IMG/VR virus record: IMGVR_UViG_3300037808_001133
Coordinates: 4,601-68,600 of that record
DNA length: 64,000 nt
DNA from: a virus
Direction: 5' to 3' (one strand)
The notes beneath the pieces are model-generated. The model was given only the letters and a program-made list of their open reading frames with translations. It did not search any database and had not been told where the DNA came from. Positions 1 through 9,396 of the stretch are shown one piece after another. The position numbers were made by a program, and so were the translations under genes. The first letter of the stretch is position 1. Each line of letters begins with the position of its first letter.

Positions 1-22
1 CAAGCCCTCGCGCTGGTACGTC

Positions 23-316
23 GTGCTCAAGGTTGACCACGTCTACGCGCTGGTTTGGTGGGAGGGCGGCGAGCCTCACGCAGTCCCGGTCTCCGAAATG
101 AAGCGCAGGAAGATCAAGCTCGACAGCTTCGACTTCCCTATGTCGCAACTGCTCCACCGTTGGGGAATCACCGCTCGGCAGCTTGACGAGTTCTTGGAGT
201 CGGGCATGTATCGTCACGAGCCCGACGTCTCGCACGTCCGCAGTACCAGGAAGCCAACGAACGGCAGGACGACTCACCACCTCAAACACCGACACAAGAA
301 CTTCAAGCGGACTTGA
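23..316 (+). CDS. hypothetical protein, possibly 5'-truncated by the window edge
   Basis: ORF with genome-like codon usage; the frame is open back to the window start. Confidence 0.5.
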   Translation: MLKVDHVYALVWWEGGEPHAVPVSEMKRRKIKLDSFDFPMSQLLHRWGITARQLDEFLESGMYRHEPDVSHVRSTRKPTNGRTTHHLKHRHKNFKRT

Positions 317-358
317 CGTAGGCGGTTGCCATGATAGCTCCAGCCAGAGGAGGCCCTC

Positions 359-514
359 ATGAACACGCCGGACAAGCTGAAGCCGCCGCCGCTGTCGTTC
401 CCATGCAAGGTGAAGGAAGAGACAGAGAAGGCTGGGCTGGTCGCGCCGCGAGAGCTTCCCTTGTCCTTGCCTGTGCCTCGGTCCGAACGTGCGGTTGACT
501 GGCGGTCGCTATGA
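359..514 (+). CDS. small hypothetical protein (51 aa)
   Basis: Strong SD GAGGAGG before ATG; ATGA overlap with the next ORF; below the ORF-track cutoff. Confidence 0.55.
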   Translation: MNTPDKLKPPPLSFPCKVKEETEKAGLVAPRELPLSLPVPRSERAVDWRSL

Positions 515-714
515 TCGTCCCAATGAGGGGTGAAGCTTCGTTCCGACGCGGCGCGGTGTTCGTGGTCGAGCGCCTCTACTGGCGCGGCCGCCCGCTCCCG
601 GTTGGCGTCCTCAAGCTGCGGTGGCTGTTACCAGCTTCACGCGTCGGCTACGACTACCCGGGTCGCCAGCTGCCAGACGTGCTCGATCGTCCAGGCGAGC
701 GACGCGTCGCGTGA
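511..714 (+). CDS. hypothetical protein
   Basis: Translational coupling on both sides (ATGA, GTGA). Confidence 0.5.
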   Translation: MIVPMRGEASFRRGAVFVVERLYWRGRPLPVGVLKLRWLLPASRVGYDYPGRQLPDVLDRPGERRVA

Positions 715-863
715 AGCCAAAGCTCAAGCTCGTGCGCAGGACCAGCGAGGTCAGGGAGAACAGAACCGTCTGGATCGAGTTGGTCAAGAGCGGCAAGACT
801 TACTTCGAACGCGTCATGAGGCAAGACGGGTCGGAGGTCTCGTGGCGCAAGACCTCCAAGTGA
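711..863 (+). CDS. small basic hypothetical protein
   Basis: GTGA-coupled start within ORF 621..863. Confidence 0.5.
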   Translation: MKPKLKLVRRTSEVRENRTVWIELVKSGKTYFERVMRQDGSEVSWRKTSK

Positions 864-874
864 CACCGGGTGAC

Positions 875-1207
875 ATGGCGGCTACCGCTCTCTCGGTCCT
901 CGTGATTGCCTTCTCCTGTCGGGTAGCTTCGCGGCTTCACGCGAAGGCCGCGGAGCAACGTCACGTCGACAAGGCGGTGGCGTCGGCGAGGGCGAACAAC
1001 ACGATCACGCTCACGTGCGGTAGCGAGATCCGCGTGGTCGCAAAGAAGATCCCGTCAGGGTTCCCAGCTGCTTGCGACGTTTGCCAGTCGTGCGCCGAGG
1101 TCGAGGTCAACGAGACGACAATGCTCTACCTCTGCCCCGGCTGCTTCGTCCAGGTCGCAGCCCGGTTCGTACGCCGAGCCTACAGAGCGAAGCGCTCACG
1201 CGTGTAG
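875..1207 (+). CDS. hypothetical protein with N-terminal hydrophobic segment and C-terminal zinc ribbon
   Basis: MAATALSVLVIAFS; CDVCQSC...CPGC. Confidence 0.55.
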   Translation: MAATALSVLVIAFSCRVASRLHAKAAEQRHVDKAVASARANNTITLTCGSEIRVVAKKIPSGFPAACDVCQSCAEVEVNETTMLYLCPGCFVQVAARFVRRAYRAKRSRV

Positions 1208-1468
1208 CGCGTCGTCCTCCGGGACTAGCGCCTCGTCACTCGGCGGCGGCGGTGAAGCTGGCGCGCACTCAAGGTCTTCCTCGGTGTAAGCCTGCTGTGC
1301 CATGCGGGTGCGCTTCGCGATCTTGAAGAACGCGGAGTCGGTGTCGGTGACAGGCTTCTCGACGTTGCCTCGCAGCTGCCGCAGCGTTGCCCTGACTTTC
1401 TCGCGAACAGATTCCAGCGCCGGGTCAAACGTCCTGGTCGGTCTCGGCTTCGGCTTTGGTGCGAGCAT
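1196..1468 (-). CDS. hypothetical protein
   Basis: SD GAGG upstream; last gene of a 3-gene minus-strand unit. Confidence 0.55.
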   Translation of the reverse strand: MLAPKPKPRPTRTFDPALESVREKVRATLRQLRGNVEKPVTDTDSAFFKIAKRTRMAQQAYTEEDLECAPASPPPPSDEALVPEDDALHA

Positions 1469-1477
1469 GCCTGCCTC

Positions 1478-1705
1478 TTATTGCTTTGTTGGACGACGAC
1501 CCTTGATCCGTGACGCGTGCAGCTTGACCTGCTCTCTCAGCGATCGTAGTTCCGAATCGCTTCTGGTGCCATGTTCCCGAAGCGCTGACTGTCGCTTGAG
1601 GACGACAACCGGTTGCAGTTCTCGGGGGCGCTTCTGCCGAGACGAGGCATAACCCAAGACGAGACAGCTATTCACCGCGAGGAACAGCGCCAACCAGAAG
1701 GTCAA
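1478..1705 (-). CDS. small membrane-anchored protein
   Basis: N-terminal TM helix FWLALFLAVNSCLVLGY; overlaps the upstream stop. Confidence 0.55.
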   Translation of the reverse strand: MTFWLALFLAVNSCLVLGYASSRQKRPRELQPVVVLKRQSALREHGTRSDSELRSLREQVKLHASRIKGRRPTKQ

Positions 1706-1998
1706 GACGGGTCTCCCTTGAGCACCTTAAGCAACTCGTCCATGACTTGCTTTTGCTCGTTGCGCTCGTGACTTAGTGCGGCGCGCATTTCCTGGCGAAT
1801 GTCGTCCTCGCGGGTTTGCCCCGACTTGACTAGCTCGGCGATCCTGCCCGGCTTGCGCTCCGGTTCCTTCGGGTCGCCCTCGTAGAACGTTCTCAGTTCC
1901 CGGTTCTGACGCCACAGCATGTAGACGGCGAGGCCCAGGATTACAGCCATTGGCCCAGACGCGACCAGTGACTTCACAGCTTCGTCAAATAGATCCAC
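1702..1998 (-). CDS. BhlA/UviB-like holin candidate
   Basis: GTG start after GAGG; SGPMAVILGLAVYMLWRQNRE (single TM plus coiled coil) resembles BhlA-type holins. Confidence 0.5.
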   Translation of the reverse strand: MDLFDEAVKSLVASGPMAVILGLAVYMLWRQNRELRTFYEGDPKEPERKPGRIAELVKSGQTREDDIRQEMRAALSHERNEQKQVMDELLKVLKGDPS

Positions 1999-2067
1999 GG
2001 TCGCCTCTTGGTGTGTACTTGTTCCCCGACTCCTCCTCAGAGTAAGGTGCAGCCGGGAGGATCTCCA

Positions 2068-2481
2068 ATGTCCGAGTTCAACGACAAGGTCGAGCAAGCG
2101 ATAGCAAAGACGGCAGACGCCCTCGCTGACGGGTTTGACGCAAGCGACGTCTCTGTCCTGGTCCGGGAGGCGGTCGAGGTCGCAGAGGGCTTGGACAGCC
2201 TGGACGGCCCAGCCAAGCGGAAGCTCGCAATCGAGTTTGCTGGCACACTGGTCGATAAGTTCTTCACCGAGGCCACGCCGCAGATTGAGCAGCTGGTCAA
2301 GGACGTCGATTGGCCGTTCCTCACGGACGGCATGGAGGCGGCGCTCGTCGATCCAATCGTCAAGAAGTTCGCCGTGCCCTATGCGCGTGACCTGCTCAAG
2401 CTCGCGATCCCGAGCATGGTTGACCTCGTCGTGGACGCGTCGAAGGGCTTCGTCAACGTGAACGTGTCAGACGACGCGTGA
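2068..2481 (+). CDS. hypothetical acidic helical protein
   Basis: GGGAGG SD then ATG at 2068. Confidence 0.7.
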   Translation: MSEFNDKVEQAIAKTADALADGFDASDVSVLVREAVEVAEGLDSLDGPAKRKLAIEFAGTLVDKFFTEATPQIEQLVKDVDWPFLTDGMEAALVDPIVKKFAVPYARDLLKLAIPSMVDLVVDASKGFVNVNVSDDA

Positions 2482-2645
2482 CGCACGGCGTCAGGACGCG
2501 TGAGGTTGCTCATACGGAGACCTGTGATATGGGTGCCGACTGCGGTTGCAGCGCTGGTGATCAGGACACGGTCGAGGTTGCCTCGCGACCATGGGACCAC
2601 GACCCAGTGGTTTGATACCGTGTTGCCTCAACCAGAGGAACACCA

Positions 2646-2882
2646 ATGAGCAAACTCCACCGACTCGCAATGCTGAGCGCCTTCCTGCTGCTCGGCACAC
2701 CGGGCTGCAAGCACAACCTTCAGCGACCCTACGTCGACGCCATGATCAAAACCGAGTTGGTGATCCGCGACGACATTGAGGCCGGGGACTACAAGCCCGA
2801 GGCGGGCTCCCTCACGGTGCTGGACGAGTGGAAGAAGGCGAACGCGAACGCTGACGCCGCGCTCAAGGCCAAGGGGAAGTAG
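2646..2882 (+). CDS. lipoprotein (o-spanin-like candidate)
   Basis: Signal peptide with lipobox-like LLLGTPG-C. Confidence 0.6.
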   Translation: MSKLHRLAMLSAFLLLGTPGCKHNLQRPYVDAMIKTELVIRDDIEAGDYKPEAGSLTVLDEWKKANANADAALKAKGK

Positions 2883-2884
2883 CC

Positions 2885-3214
2885 ATGAACCTCCAACCGA
2901 ACGACGACCGAGTACTTGTGCGGCCCTGGAAAGAGGACAAGCTCAACGGTCTTCACCTCCCGACCGAGCGCAAGAAGGAAGCGATCTCAATGGGGCAGGT
3001 TATCGCCTGCGGCCCTGGGCTCAGACGCGAGGGCGAGTTGCTCCCCATGCGCTGCAAGGTCGGCGACACGATCCTCTACGACACCCGCGCCGGTCTCGAG
3101 CTCCGCGCCGACAGCAAGGTGCTTCTCTTCCTTCACGACAGTCAAGTCGTCGCGTTCGTCCGAGCCGAGGAGTCCGAGCCGGCGCTCCCCGAGAAGGTCG
3201 CGGTGGAAGCGTGA
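2885..3214 (+). CDS. groES: co-chaperonin GroES (Cpn10)
   Basis: LQPNDDRVLV, GLHLP, GQVIACGPG and KVGDTILY motifs. Confidence 0.92.
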   Translation: MNLQPNDDRVLVRPWKEDKLNGLHLPTERKKEAISMGQVIACGPGLRREGELLPMRCKVGDTILYDTRAGLELRADSKVLLFLHDSQVVAFVRAEESEPALPEKVAVEA

Positions 3215-3582
3215 GCGACCCAATCAAGGCGTTCGCCGACGCGCTCCCGAGCGAGGACGAGTTCCTCAAGCTCTGGAGCGAGAAGGCAAAGGAGAACGGG
3301 GCCGACGTTACGAAGCTCCTCAAGTCCCAGGCTGACGGGCTCATTGCGACGAGCAAGCAGTTCGTCAGCGCGTTCAACGGGACCGAGCGCGACCAGCGAC
3401 GGCTTGACGCCATGCTCGCTCTCGGCAAGTTCAACGCCGAGTGCGAAGCGTTCATGGAGCTTGACGCCTGGTCGAAGGCGTTGCTTGCCACCCTTCAGGA
3501 GATTGGCAAGGTGGTCCTCGACGTCGGCGTGAAGGCCATTGTCGCGAGCCTCGCCGCGTCGCTTAAGGGCGGGCTCGGGTAG
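3211..3582 (+). CDS. hypothetical protein
   Basis: GTGA-coupled to groES; C-terminal part of ORF 2776..3582. Confidence 0.65.
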   Translation: MSDPIKAFADALPSEDEFLKLWSEKAKENGADVTKLLKSQADGLIATSKQFVSAFNGTERDQRRLDAMLALGKFNAECEAFMELDAWSKALLATLQEIGKVVLDVGVKAIVASLAASLKGGLG

Positions 3583-3599
3583 TCGCGAGTCGTCGTAGC

Positions 3600-3627
3600 T
3601 TGACTCACGAACTCGGTGACGTAGGCT
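3600..3627 (+). promoter_or_regulatory. sigma70-type promoter candidate TTGACT-N16-TAGGCT
   Basis: Intergenic, upstream of an SD and gene 3658. Confidence 0.5.
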
Positions 3628-3657
3628 GAACCTTCCAACCGAACCCAGGAGGAACCC

Positions 3658-3969
3658 ATGGCACTCGACGGAACGATCACGAAGGTCAGCGCACAAGACA
3701 TTGCCGACCGCGAGCACCTGACCCTCGACCTTCAGGGTCCAAGCAGCTACGCCAACGGCGGCGAAGCAATCCTCCCGAGCGCGTTCCCATTCCGCACTGG
3801 CGGGCTGTTGATCGACACGGCTGAGGGCAAGGACGACGACACGACAGCGCAGGCGAAGTACGACCCGACTGCGGGGACGCTCAACTTCTTCGCAGTCGGC
3901 GGGGCCGAGGAAGCCAACCTCGCGGACCTCAGCGCGAACAGCTACCGACTGACTGTCGTCGGTCGCTAA
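3658..3969 (+). CDS. small virion protein, head decoration-like
   Basis: SSYANGGE motif, beta-rich, strong SD, next to portal. Confidence 0.6.
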   Translation: MALDGTITKVSAQDIADREHLTLDLQGPSSYANGGEAILPSAFPFRTGGLLIDTAEGKDDDTTAQAKYDPTAGTLNFFAVGGAEEANLADLSANSYRLTVVGR

Positions 3970-3996
3970 CAAACACTCTCCCCCGAGTACTACGGC

Positions 3997-4040
3997 ACGG
4001 CCCCCGCTCAACGAGTTTGAGTGGAGGCCGTCGCTGTTTG
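3997..4040 (+). terminator. stem-loop, possible terminator
   Basis: ACGGCCCCCGCTCAA...TTGAGTGGAGGCCGT imperfect inverted repeat with weak T tail. Confidence 0.4.
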
Positions 4041-4064
4041 ATAACGTGACAGCTGGAGGCACCC

Positions 4065-5810
4065 ATGCCGAAGGACGTAACGGCAACCCTGATTCAAAAC
4101 GGGGTTGACCCAGAGCAGGCCGAACTGATCGCTGAGGCCATAGTGCTTTCGCGTCAGAAGCGCGGAGGGGTCCTGTTCGAAGACGCGGCGCTCAGGACCG
4201 TGCGCCGCTCCTTCTTCGCGGGGCGTCGTGGTGACGACCAGTACCGCGAGTTCCAAAGCCTTGTCACTTCGGAACTCAAGTCGCTCACGCCTGGCGAGCT
4301 TGCCTTCGGCGACATACCAGACGCGGCACGTGAACAGTATTCGGCGTTCTGCTGGAATATGTACAAGGGCCGACAGGAGCGATACCTCGACCGGCACGAG
4401 GACGAGGACCCAGCCGAGTTCCTCAACCGCCCGCAAAAGCGAACGCTCAACGTCACCAAAATGGTGATCAACATTCTCTCGCAGCTGTACCACTCGTCCC
4501 CGATCCGCGACCACAAAGAGGAGGAGGTGGACCCCGGTGACGCCGAGACCGTTAAGGACAACGCGGCAAAGAACCACCTCGACGACCGGCTTGACGAAAT
4601 CTGGTCTGGCGAATTGTTCAACCGGTCCATGCTTGAGATCGACCGGCTGTGCCGACTGCTCGGGACCGTCGCGGTGCGGCCTATGTACGACACCGAGCAG
4701 CCCGGGTCGATCCGGCTCTGGCTATTCATGAGCCACCAACTGCGAGTGATCCCAGACCCGGTCGCGCCTTGGAAGCCAGCGGTTGTGATTGAGCGGGCTC
4801 ACCCGTTCGGTCGCCAGAAGTCGGTGACGATTTGGACGAAGGACTTCTTCGTTGACCTTCGCCGCGACAACCAGGTGACGGTGGAGCCGCACGGGCTTGG
4901 CAGGATTCCTCACGTGTTCTGCCGCGACGAGCTTTCTTACACCTCGTTCTTCGTCGAGGGGCGCGGCCGCGTTCTCTGCAACCCCAACGCAATCCTGAAC
5001 AACGACCTCTCCGACTTGGAAGAGGTCAAGCAAATGCAAGGGTTCTCCCTGCTTGAGCTAACGAACCCGGTCGAGGACACGCAGCGAATCGGTCCACGCG
5101 AGGCGGTCACGTTCCGACCGACCGACAACACGACACCGTTCGGTGCAAAGTTCGTTGCGCCCAACGCGCCGCTCGCGGAGCTCCGCGCCGACTGCTCAGA
5201 ACAGATCGACCAAATCCTTGAGGTCAACGGCGTCCCGGCCGCAGCTGTCGGCGCGGACATTAACCGGCGCTCGCTGTCGGGCGCGGCTATCCGTGCGGGT
5301 ATGCAGCCGATCATTGCGGACAACAAGAAGCGCGAGTCTCTCTTCAAGCCGCTTGAGCACGACCTTGCCGACTCAATGCTGCGTATGGTCCGTCGTCACG
5401 AGCCGACCTTTGCCTACGACCCAGACACGCAGCGCCCCGAGTTCACGATCTTCTACCAGACCCTAGAGTTCCCAGCCGACACCCGCGACAAGGTCGTGAA
5501 GGACGACTTCGACATTGCCCAGGGGATCAACACGCCAGCCGGTATCCTGCGACGCGACGAGCCCGAGAAGTTCCCCACGCACGAGGAGGCCGTTCTTCAG
5601 TGGCAGAAGAACCTCGCCGAGCTTCGGACGGCTGGCTTCAGTCCTGGCGACGACGAGCAGGACCCGAACCTCCGCGCAAGCTTCGGTGGCTTCCAACCGA
5701 CGGTTGAAGGTCGCGAACCGCAGGAGGAGTACACGTCCAGGGAACTCATTGAGGACCTCGACGTCTTCTCAAACAAGGAGACGGCCCGGGTTCAGGCGAG
5801 CGGACTGTAG
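4065..5810 (+). CDS. portal protein (SPP1 gp6-like)
   Basis: LNVTKMVIN, HGLGRIPHV and LSGAAIR motifs; size and position. Confidence 0.85.
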   Translation: MPKDVTATLIQNGVDPEQAELIAEAIVLSRQKRGGVLFEDAALRTVRRSFFAGRRGDDQYREFQSLVTSELKSLTPGELAFGDIPDAAREQYSAFCWNMYKGRQERYLDRHEDEDPAEFLNRPQKRTLNVTKMVINILSQLYHSSPIRDHKEEEVDPGDAETVKDNAAKNHLDDRLDEIWSGELFNRSMLEIDRLCRLLGTVAVRPMYDTEQPGSIRLWLFMSHQLRVIPDPVAPWKPAVVIERAHPFGRQKSVTIWTKDFFVDLRRDNQVTVEPHGLGRIPHVFCRDELSYTSFFVEGRGRVLCNPNAILNNDLSDLEEVKQMQGFSLLELTNPVEDTQRIGPREAVTFRPTDNTTPFGAKFVAPNAPLAELRADCSEQIDQILEVNGVPAAAVGADINRRSLSGAAIRAGMQPIIADNKKRESLFKPLEHDLADSMLRMVRRHEPTFAYDPDTQRPEFTIFYQTLEFPADTRDKVVKDDFDIAQGINTPAGILRRDEPEKFPTHEEAVLQWQKNLAELRTAGFSPGDDEQDPNLRASFGGFQPTVEGREPQEEYTSRELIEDLDVFSNKETARVQASGL

Positions 5811-5813
5811 GGC

Positions 5814-7439
5814 GTGGCTACCGACCCCGTCAGCTACATGGACGCGGCAGACGACTTCCTCAGCAAAATGGAAGCGTCGAAGCTCGTGGCGAAGGCCGAA
5901 CTTGAGACGGTCCGAAAGGGTCTCGTTCGCGACATTAAACGCGAGGCGAAGGACACAGTGAAGTCGCTTCAGACAACGCGTATCGGTGCGGCAAAGGTCT
6001 TGATTCCGAACGCTTCGAACCTCAAGAAGATTGGGCTCTCGTCGGAGAGGGTCCGATCGAAAATGCAATCCTTCCGACTCAACTACCTCAACCGAGACCA
6101 GGTGACTGCGCTGACCGACGCGGGCACTATGCCCGAGGACACGTCGAAGTTCATTCGCCACTCGCGCCGGCTGGCACGGCACGCTCGCGAGTTCCTCACC
6201 AAGATCAAAGAGGAGTCCCCCGAGCTACAGGAAGAAATCGACGCGACCCTTCTTCAAATGGAGGACAACGATATGGACCTCCTGAAGCTGGAGGTCAAGT
6301 CCATGACGCGCATGAAGGAGACCATGCTTCGCGCAGTCAACGGCCAGAAGGAGCGCGGGCAAGTGCTCAAGGAGATTGAGGACTGGGACTTGAACAAGCA
6401 GCTGTTCAACCTCTCGATCCTCGAGCACCCAGACGCCGTCGTCAGGAACCTCTTCGCGAACGCGTCGACCCGGCAGGGCTCAGCGACCGCTACCAAGACC
6501 AGCGAGATCCCGAAGCGGTCGCACGTCTTTGTCGGGCTCCCGCCGCAGGCCGCGGCGAAGCTCAAGCCGAACAGCAGGACCGCCGACTTCTCCTGGCGAC
6601 TGTTCGATCAGAAGACGCTGAACGAGAAGTTCAAGAACCTCCCAAGCAAGCAGGGAAGCCCTTCGTCGTGGCGTGGGCTCGGGCTGGACTACAACACGAA
6701 GGAGTTCTACTTGCCGGTGCCTCCGAGCATGGTCACAGGGCTCACGCCCCTCGTGACGGCGCGTCGGGCACAAACGCTTGGCGCTGGCGCAGCGGCCAGA
6801 GCAGCCGTTATGCCGCCAGACCGAATCAAGGGCGACGACCAGCTGAACCCGGTAAGCGGCGCGGCTGGGGACTCGGCTGGCGTATGGCTTGCCCGAGAGC
6901 TTCCAGAGCAGAAGGGTTTTCTCGCGAAGGCAAACGACAAAGAGATTGAGTCGATCCTCGACTACAAGGCGGGCGACGCCCTTGAGATCAACGACCTCCT
7001 CCGTGCCGACCGTGCCGACCTGCTCGGCAAGCGGAAGCAGGGAATGGTCGAGTCGCTCGACGGACTCCTCGACAAGACGGCAACGTCGAAGGACCTGGTT
7101 GTCTACCGGCAGAGCACTCACCCGGCGTTCAAGAAGCTCAAGGCCGACGACACGTTCAACGAGAAGGGCTATAGCAGTACCAGCCTCATTCGGGACCACA
7201 AGAAGTTCGGCGAGGCGGCAGAGGAAATCTTTGACGCGAAGGCCGTCCAGCTGGTGATCAATGTGCCGAAGGGTTCGAAGGGTGCTTACCTTGACTTCGT
7301 CGAGGAAGCGTCCAACCGCGAGGACGCTGAGTTCCTTCTTCCGCGTGGCGTGAAATACACAGTCACGAAGGTCGAGCAGCGAAACGACCGCAAGCAGGTG
7401 TTCGTTGACATTGAGCCCCTCGACACTTCTGAAAGGTAG
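5814..7439 (+). CDS. minor head (MuF-position) protein with C-terminal VIP2/exoenzyme-type ADP-ribosyltransferase
   Basis: Directly after portal; Y...INDLLR, VVYR, GYSSTS and DAEFLLPRG (R-S-E clade). Confidence 0.8.
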   Translation: MATDPVSYMDAADDFLSKMEASKLVAKAELETVRKGLVRDIKREAKDTVKSLQTTRIGAAKVLIPNASNLKKIGLSSERVRSKMQSFRLNYLNRDQVTALTDAGTMPEDTSKFIRHSRRLARHAREFLTKIKEESPELQEEIDATLLQMEDNDMDLLKLEVKSMTRMKETMLRAVNGQKERGQVLKEIEDWDLNKQLFNLSILEHPDAVVRNLFANASTRQGSATATKTSEIPKRSHVFVGLPPQAAAKLKPNSRTADFSWRLFDQKTLNEKFKNLPSKQGSPSSWRGLGLDYNTKEFYLPVPPSMVTGLTPLVTARRAQTLGAGAAARAAVMPPDRIKGDDQLNPVSGAAGDSAGVWLARELPEQKGFLAKANDKEIESILDYKAGDALEINDLLRADRADLLGKRKQGMVESLDGLLDKTATSKDLVVYRQSTHPAFKKLKADDTFNEKGYSSTSLIRDHKKFGEAAEEIFDAKAVQLVINVPKGSKGAYLDFVEEASNREDAEFLLPRGVKYTVTKVEQRNDRKQVFVDIEPLDTSER

Positions 7440-7441
7440 GC

Positions 7442-7624
7442 ATGACCGCCGACAAGACTCTCTACGAGTTCCAACTCTACGACGTCAACGGCGAGCTACT
7501 CGCTCGCTCAGCGTGCGTCCCGCCCTTTGAGAGAGCGCCCGAGGTGGCGATCAAGGGCACCAAGTACTTTGTCCTCATGGAGGATATGACCTACCAGGAA
7601 GCGGTCGGCGTTCACTGGCTCTAG
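7442..7624 (+). CDS. small hypothetical protein downstream of the ART gene
   Basis: ATG 2 nt after the upstream stop. Confidence 0.55.
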   Translation: MTADKTLYEFQLYDVNGELLARSACVPPFERAPEVAIKGTKYFVLMEDMTYQEAVGVHWL

Positions 7625-7692
7625 GGACTCGGTTTGAGTCACACGCTCGCGCTCACGATTCCGCAGGGTAGACTGCCAAGGGAGATTCGCTC

Positions 7693-8439
7693 ATGACTAC
7701 ACGTTGGAGAACGAGCCGTTGGCTTCCGGGGCGTGGCGTATGCGGCGGGTCCGGTGGCGGGCCTGGCGCCGCCGCGCCTACACCAATCCCGTTGACCGTT
7801 GACCTGATTAAGATCACGGCGTCACCGCTTGAGCTCGGCGCTGAGCTACCCGCGACGTTGACCTTCAACACGACGAAGGCAGGCGAAGACGGTCCGTTCG
7901 TGTCGCGCACGGTTCAGGACGACGACGGCAACGCGGCTGTCGATATCCTGGGAGACGCGGACCCGGTCCCGACCGGCGGAATGGGCTTTGTCTACACCAA
8001 GACGTTGATCGGCGAAACCGTTGACTTCACCTACACGGCTGACGACGGGACCGACGTGGCGCAGGACGTCGAGACCTACACATGGCTCCCCAAGGTCTAC
8101 GCGGGCGTCGCGCCAATCCCCGGCGCGGTCGACGAGGTCTTCATTGAGGCGCTGCTCGAGAACGAGCTACGCGCCGACAAAGGCATTGCTCGCACCGGGC
8201 TCGCGTGGACGATCGGCGAGTATATCTGGGTCGCGTTCCCGCAGGCGTTCAATCCAACCAGCGTGCTCGACTTCCTCGTGCAGATCGGCGGCGCCGGTTT
8301 CCCCGGTGGCTTCGTTCTCGACACGGCTGGTATCTCGGTGACGCCGAACACGCCGAACGGAGTCGCTGCCCTCTACGACGTTTGGCGCAGCACCGGTTCG
8401 GGCAACGGCTTCGCGGTTGACCTTACCGTGAGCCCATAG
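7693..8439 (+). CDS. virion structural protein, beta-rich
   Basis: SD GGGAG; Gly/Thr-rich; EYIWVAFP...GF motif seen in phage appendage proteins. Confidence 0.65.
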   Translation: MTTRWRTSRWLPGRGVCGGSGGGPGAAAPTPIPLTVDLIKITASPLELGAELPATLTFNTTKAGEDGPFVSRTVQDDDGNAAVDILGDADPVPTGGMGFVYTKTLIGETVDFTYTADDGTDVAQDVETYTWLPKVYAGVAPIPGAVDEVFIEALLENELRADKGIARTGLAWTIGEYIWVAFPQAFNPTSVLDFLVQIGGAGFPGGFVLDTAGISVTPNTPNGVAALYDVWRSTGSGNGFAVDLTVSP

Positions 8440-8446
8440 GAGCAGC

Positions 8447-9214
8447 ATGGCTAATTCAACCCCGTTCGATACCAAAGGCTTTGGTGCTGGCGACACGTTC
8501 AACAGTGCCCCGCTCGCGTCCGGGTCGAGCACCCCGACCGTGCGGAGCATTGACGTCAAAGGCGGCACGAAACAGGTCTTCGACATTGCAGCCCGCGACG
8601 CGATACCAGGCGCGGCACTTGCCCGCGACGACGCAGACCAAATGCGGCAGGAGGGAATGCTCTGCTTTGTCCAAGCCGACCAGACCACGTATCGCCTTGA
8701 AGGTGGGATCGCAAACGGCAACTGGGTCGCGTTCGGCGCGGGCGGCGGCGGGTCGGGCACGACGCTCGACATTGACGACCGCGTGAACCAGTCCGGTGGA
8801 GCTCTAGCCATCGGCGAGATCCTCGCGCCGCACCCGACGATCCCCAGGGCATACGTCAAGGCAGACATCTCCGACCCCGCCCTGGGCGCGTCTCGCCCCA
8901 TCGCTGTCTCAACCGCTGCGCCAGTAGCGACTGACCCCGCACCCTCGCGGATCGCTGGCGAGGTGTCCGTGCTCCTCGTGCCCGGCCTCCTCGGGATCGG
9001 CGTGCCGGTCGCGCTCACTGACGAGGTGATCGTCTCGACGACGGCCGGCCGTGGCACTCTGTCGAAGAACGGACCCGGCGAGCTCGGCCAGCCGACGGCC
9101 GGCCAGGCACTCAACAAGGTCGGCACCATCGTCAGCCTTCTCACATACGACGGAGCTGGCGACGACCTCGTGCTGGTCCAGCTCGACATGAGCCCGCGAA
9201 GGATTCAGAGCTAA
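8447..9214 (+). CDS. two-domain fibre/cement-like virion protein
   Basis: KGG...ARDAIP...EGMLCFV...Y.L.GG..N.NW fibre-anchor module, Gly linker, cement-like C-terminal domain. Confidence 0.65.
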   Translation: MANSTPFDTKGFGAGDTFNSAPLASGSSTPTVRSIDVKGGTKQVFDIAARDAIPGAALARDDADQMRQEGMLCFVQADQTTYRLEGGIANGNWVAFGAGGGGSGTTLDIDDRVNQSGGALAIGEILAPHPTIPRAYVKADISDPALGASRPIAVSTAAPVATDPAPSRIAGEVSVLLVPGLLGIGVPVALTDEVIVSTTAGRGTLSKNGPGELGQPTAGQALNKVGTIVSLLTYDGAGDDLVLVQLDMSPRRIQS

Positions 9215-9387
9215 TGGCCACCACTACATTCACGCTTTCTAACGGCGGCAAGATCCAGGCCCAAGAGCCCGGCACGGTCTGGCAAGGTCTCGCCCTTGTC
9301 GAGACCTCAAGCGTAGAGGTCGGCGACTCTATCAGCGTCGGCTGCGGCTTCGCTGTCATGGACGTCGTCAGCAAAGTAACGGAATAG
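9214..9387 (+). CDS. small hypothetical protein (57 aa)
   Basis: TAATG coupling; MATTTFTLSNGG...; below the ORF-track cutoff. Confidence 0.6.
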   Translation: MATTTFTLSNGGKIQAQEPGTVWQGLALVETSSVEVGDSISVGCGFAVMDVVSKVTE

Positions 9388-9396
9388 GAGAGCCGC

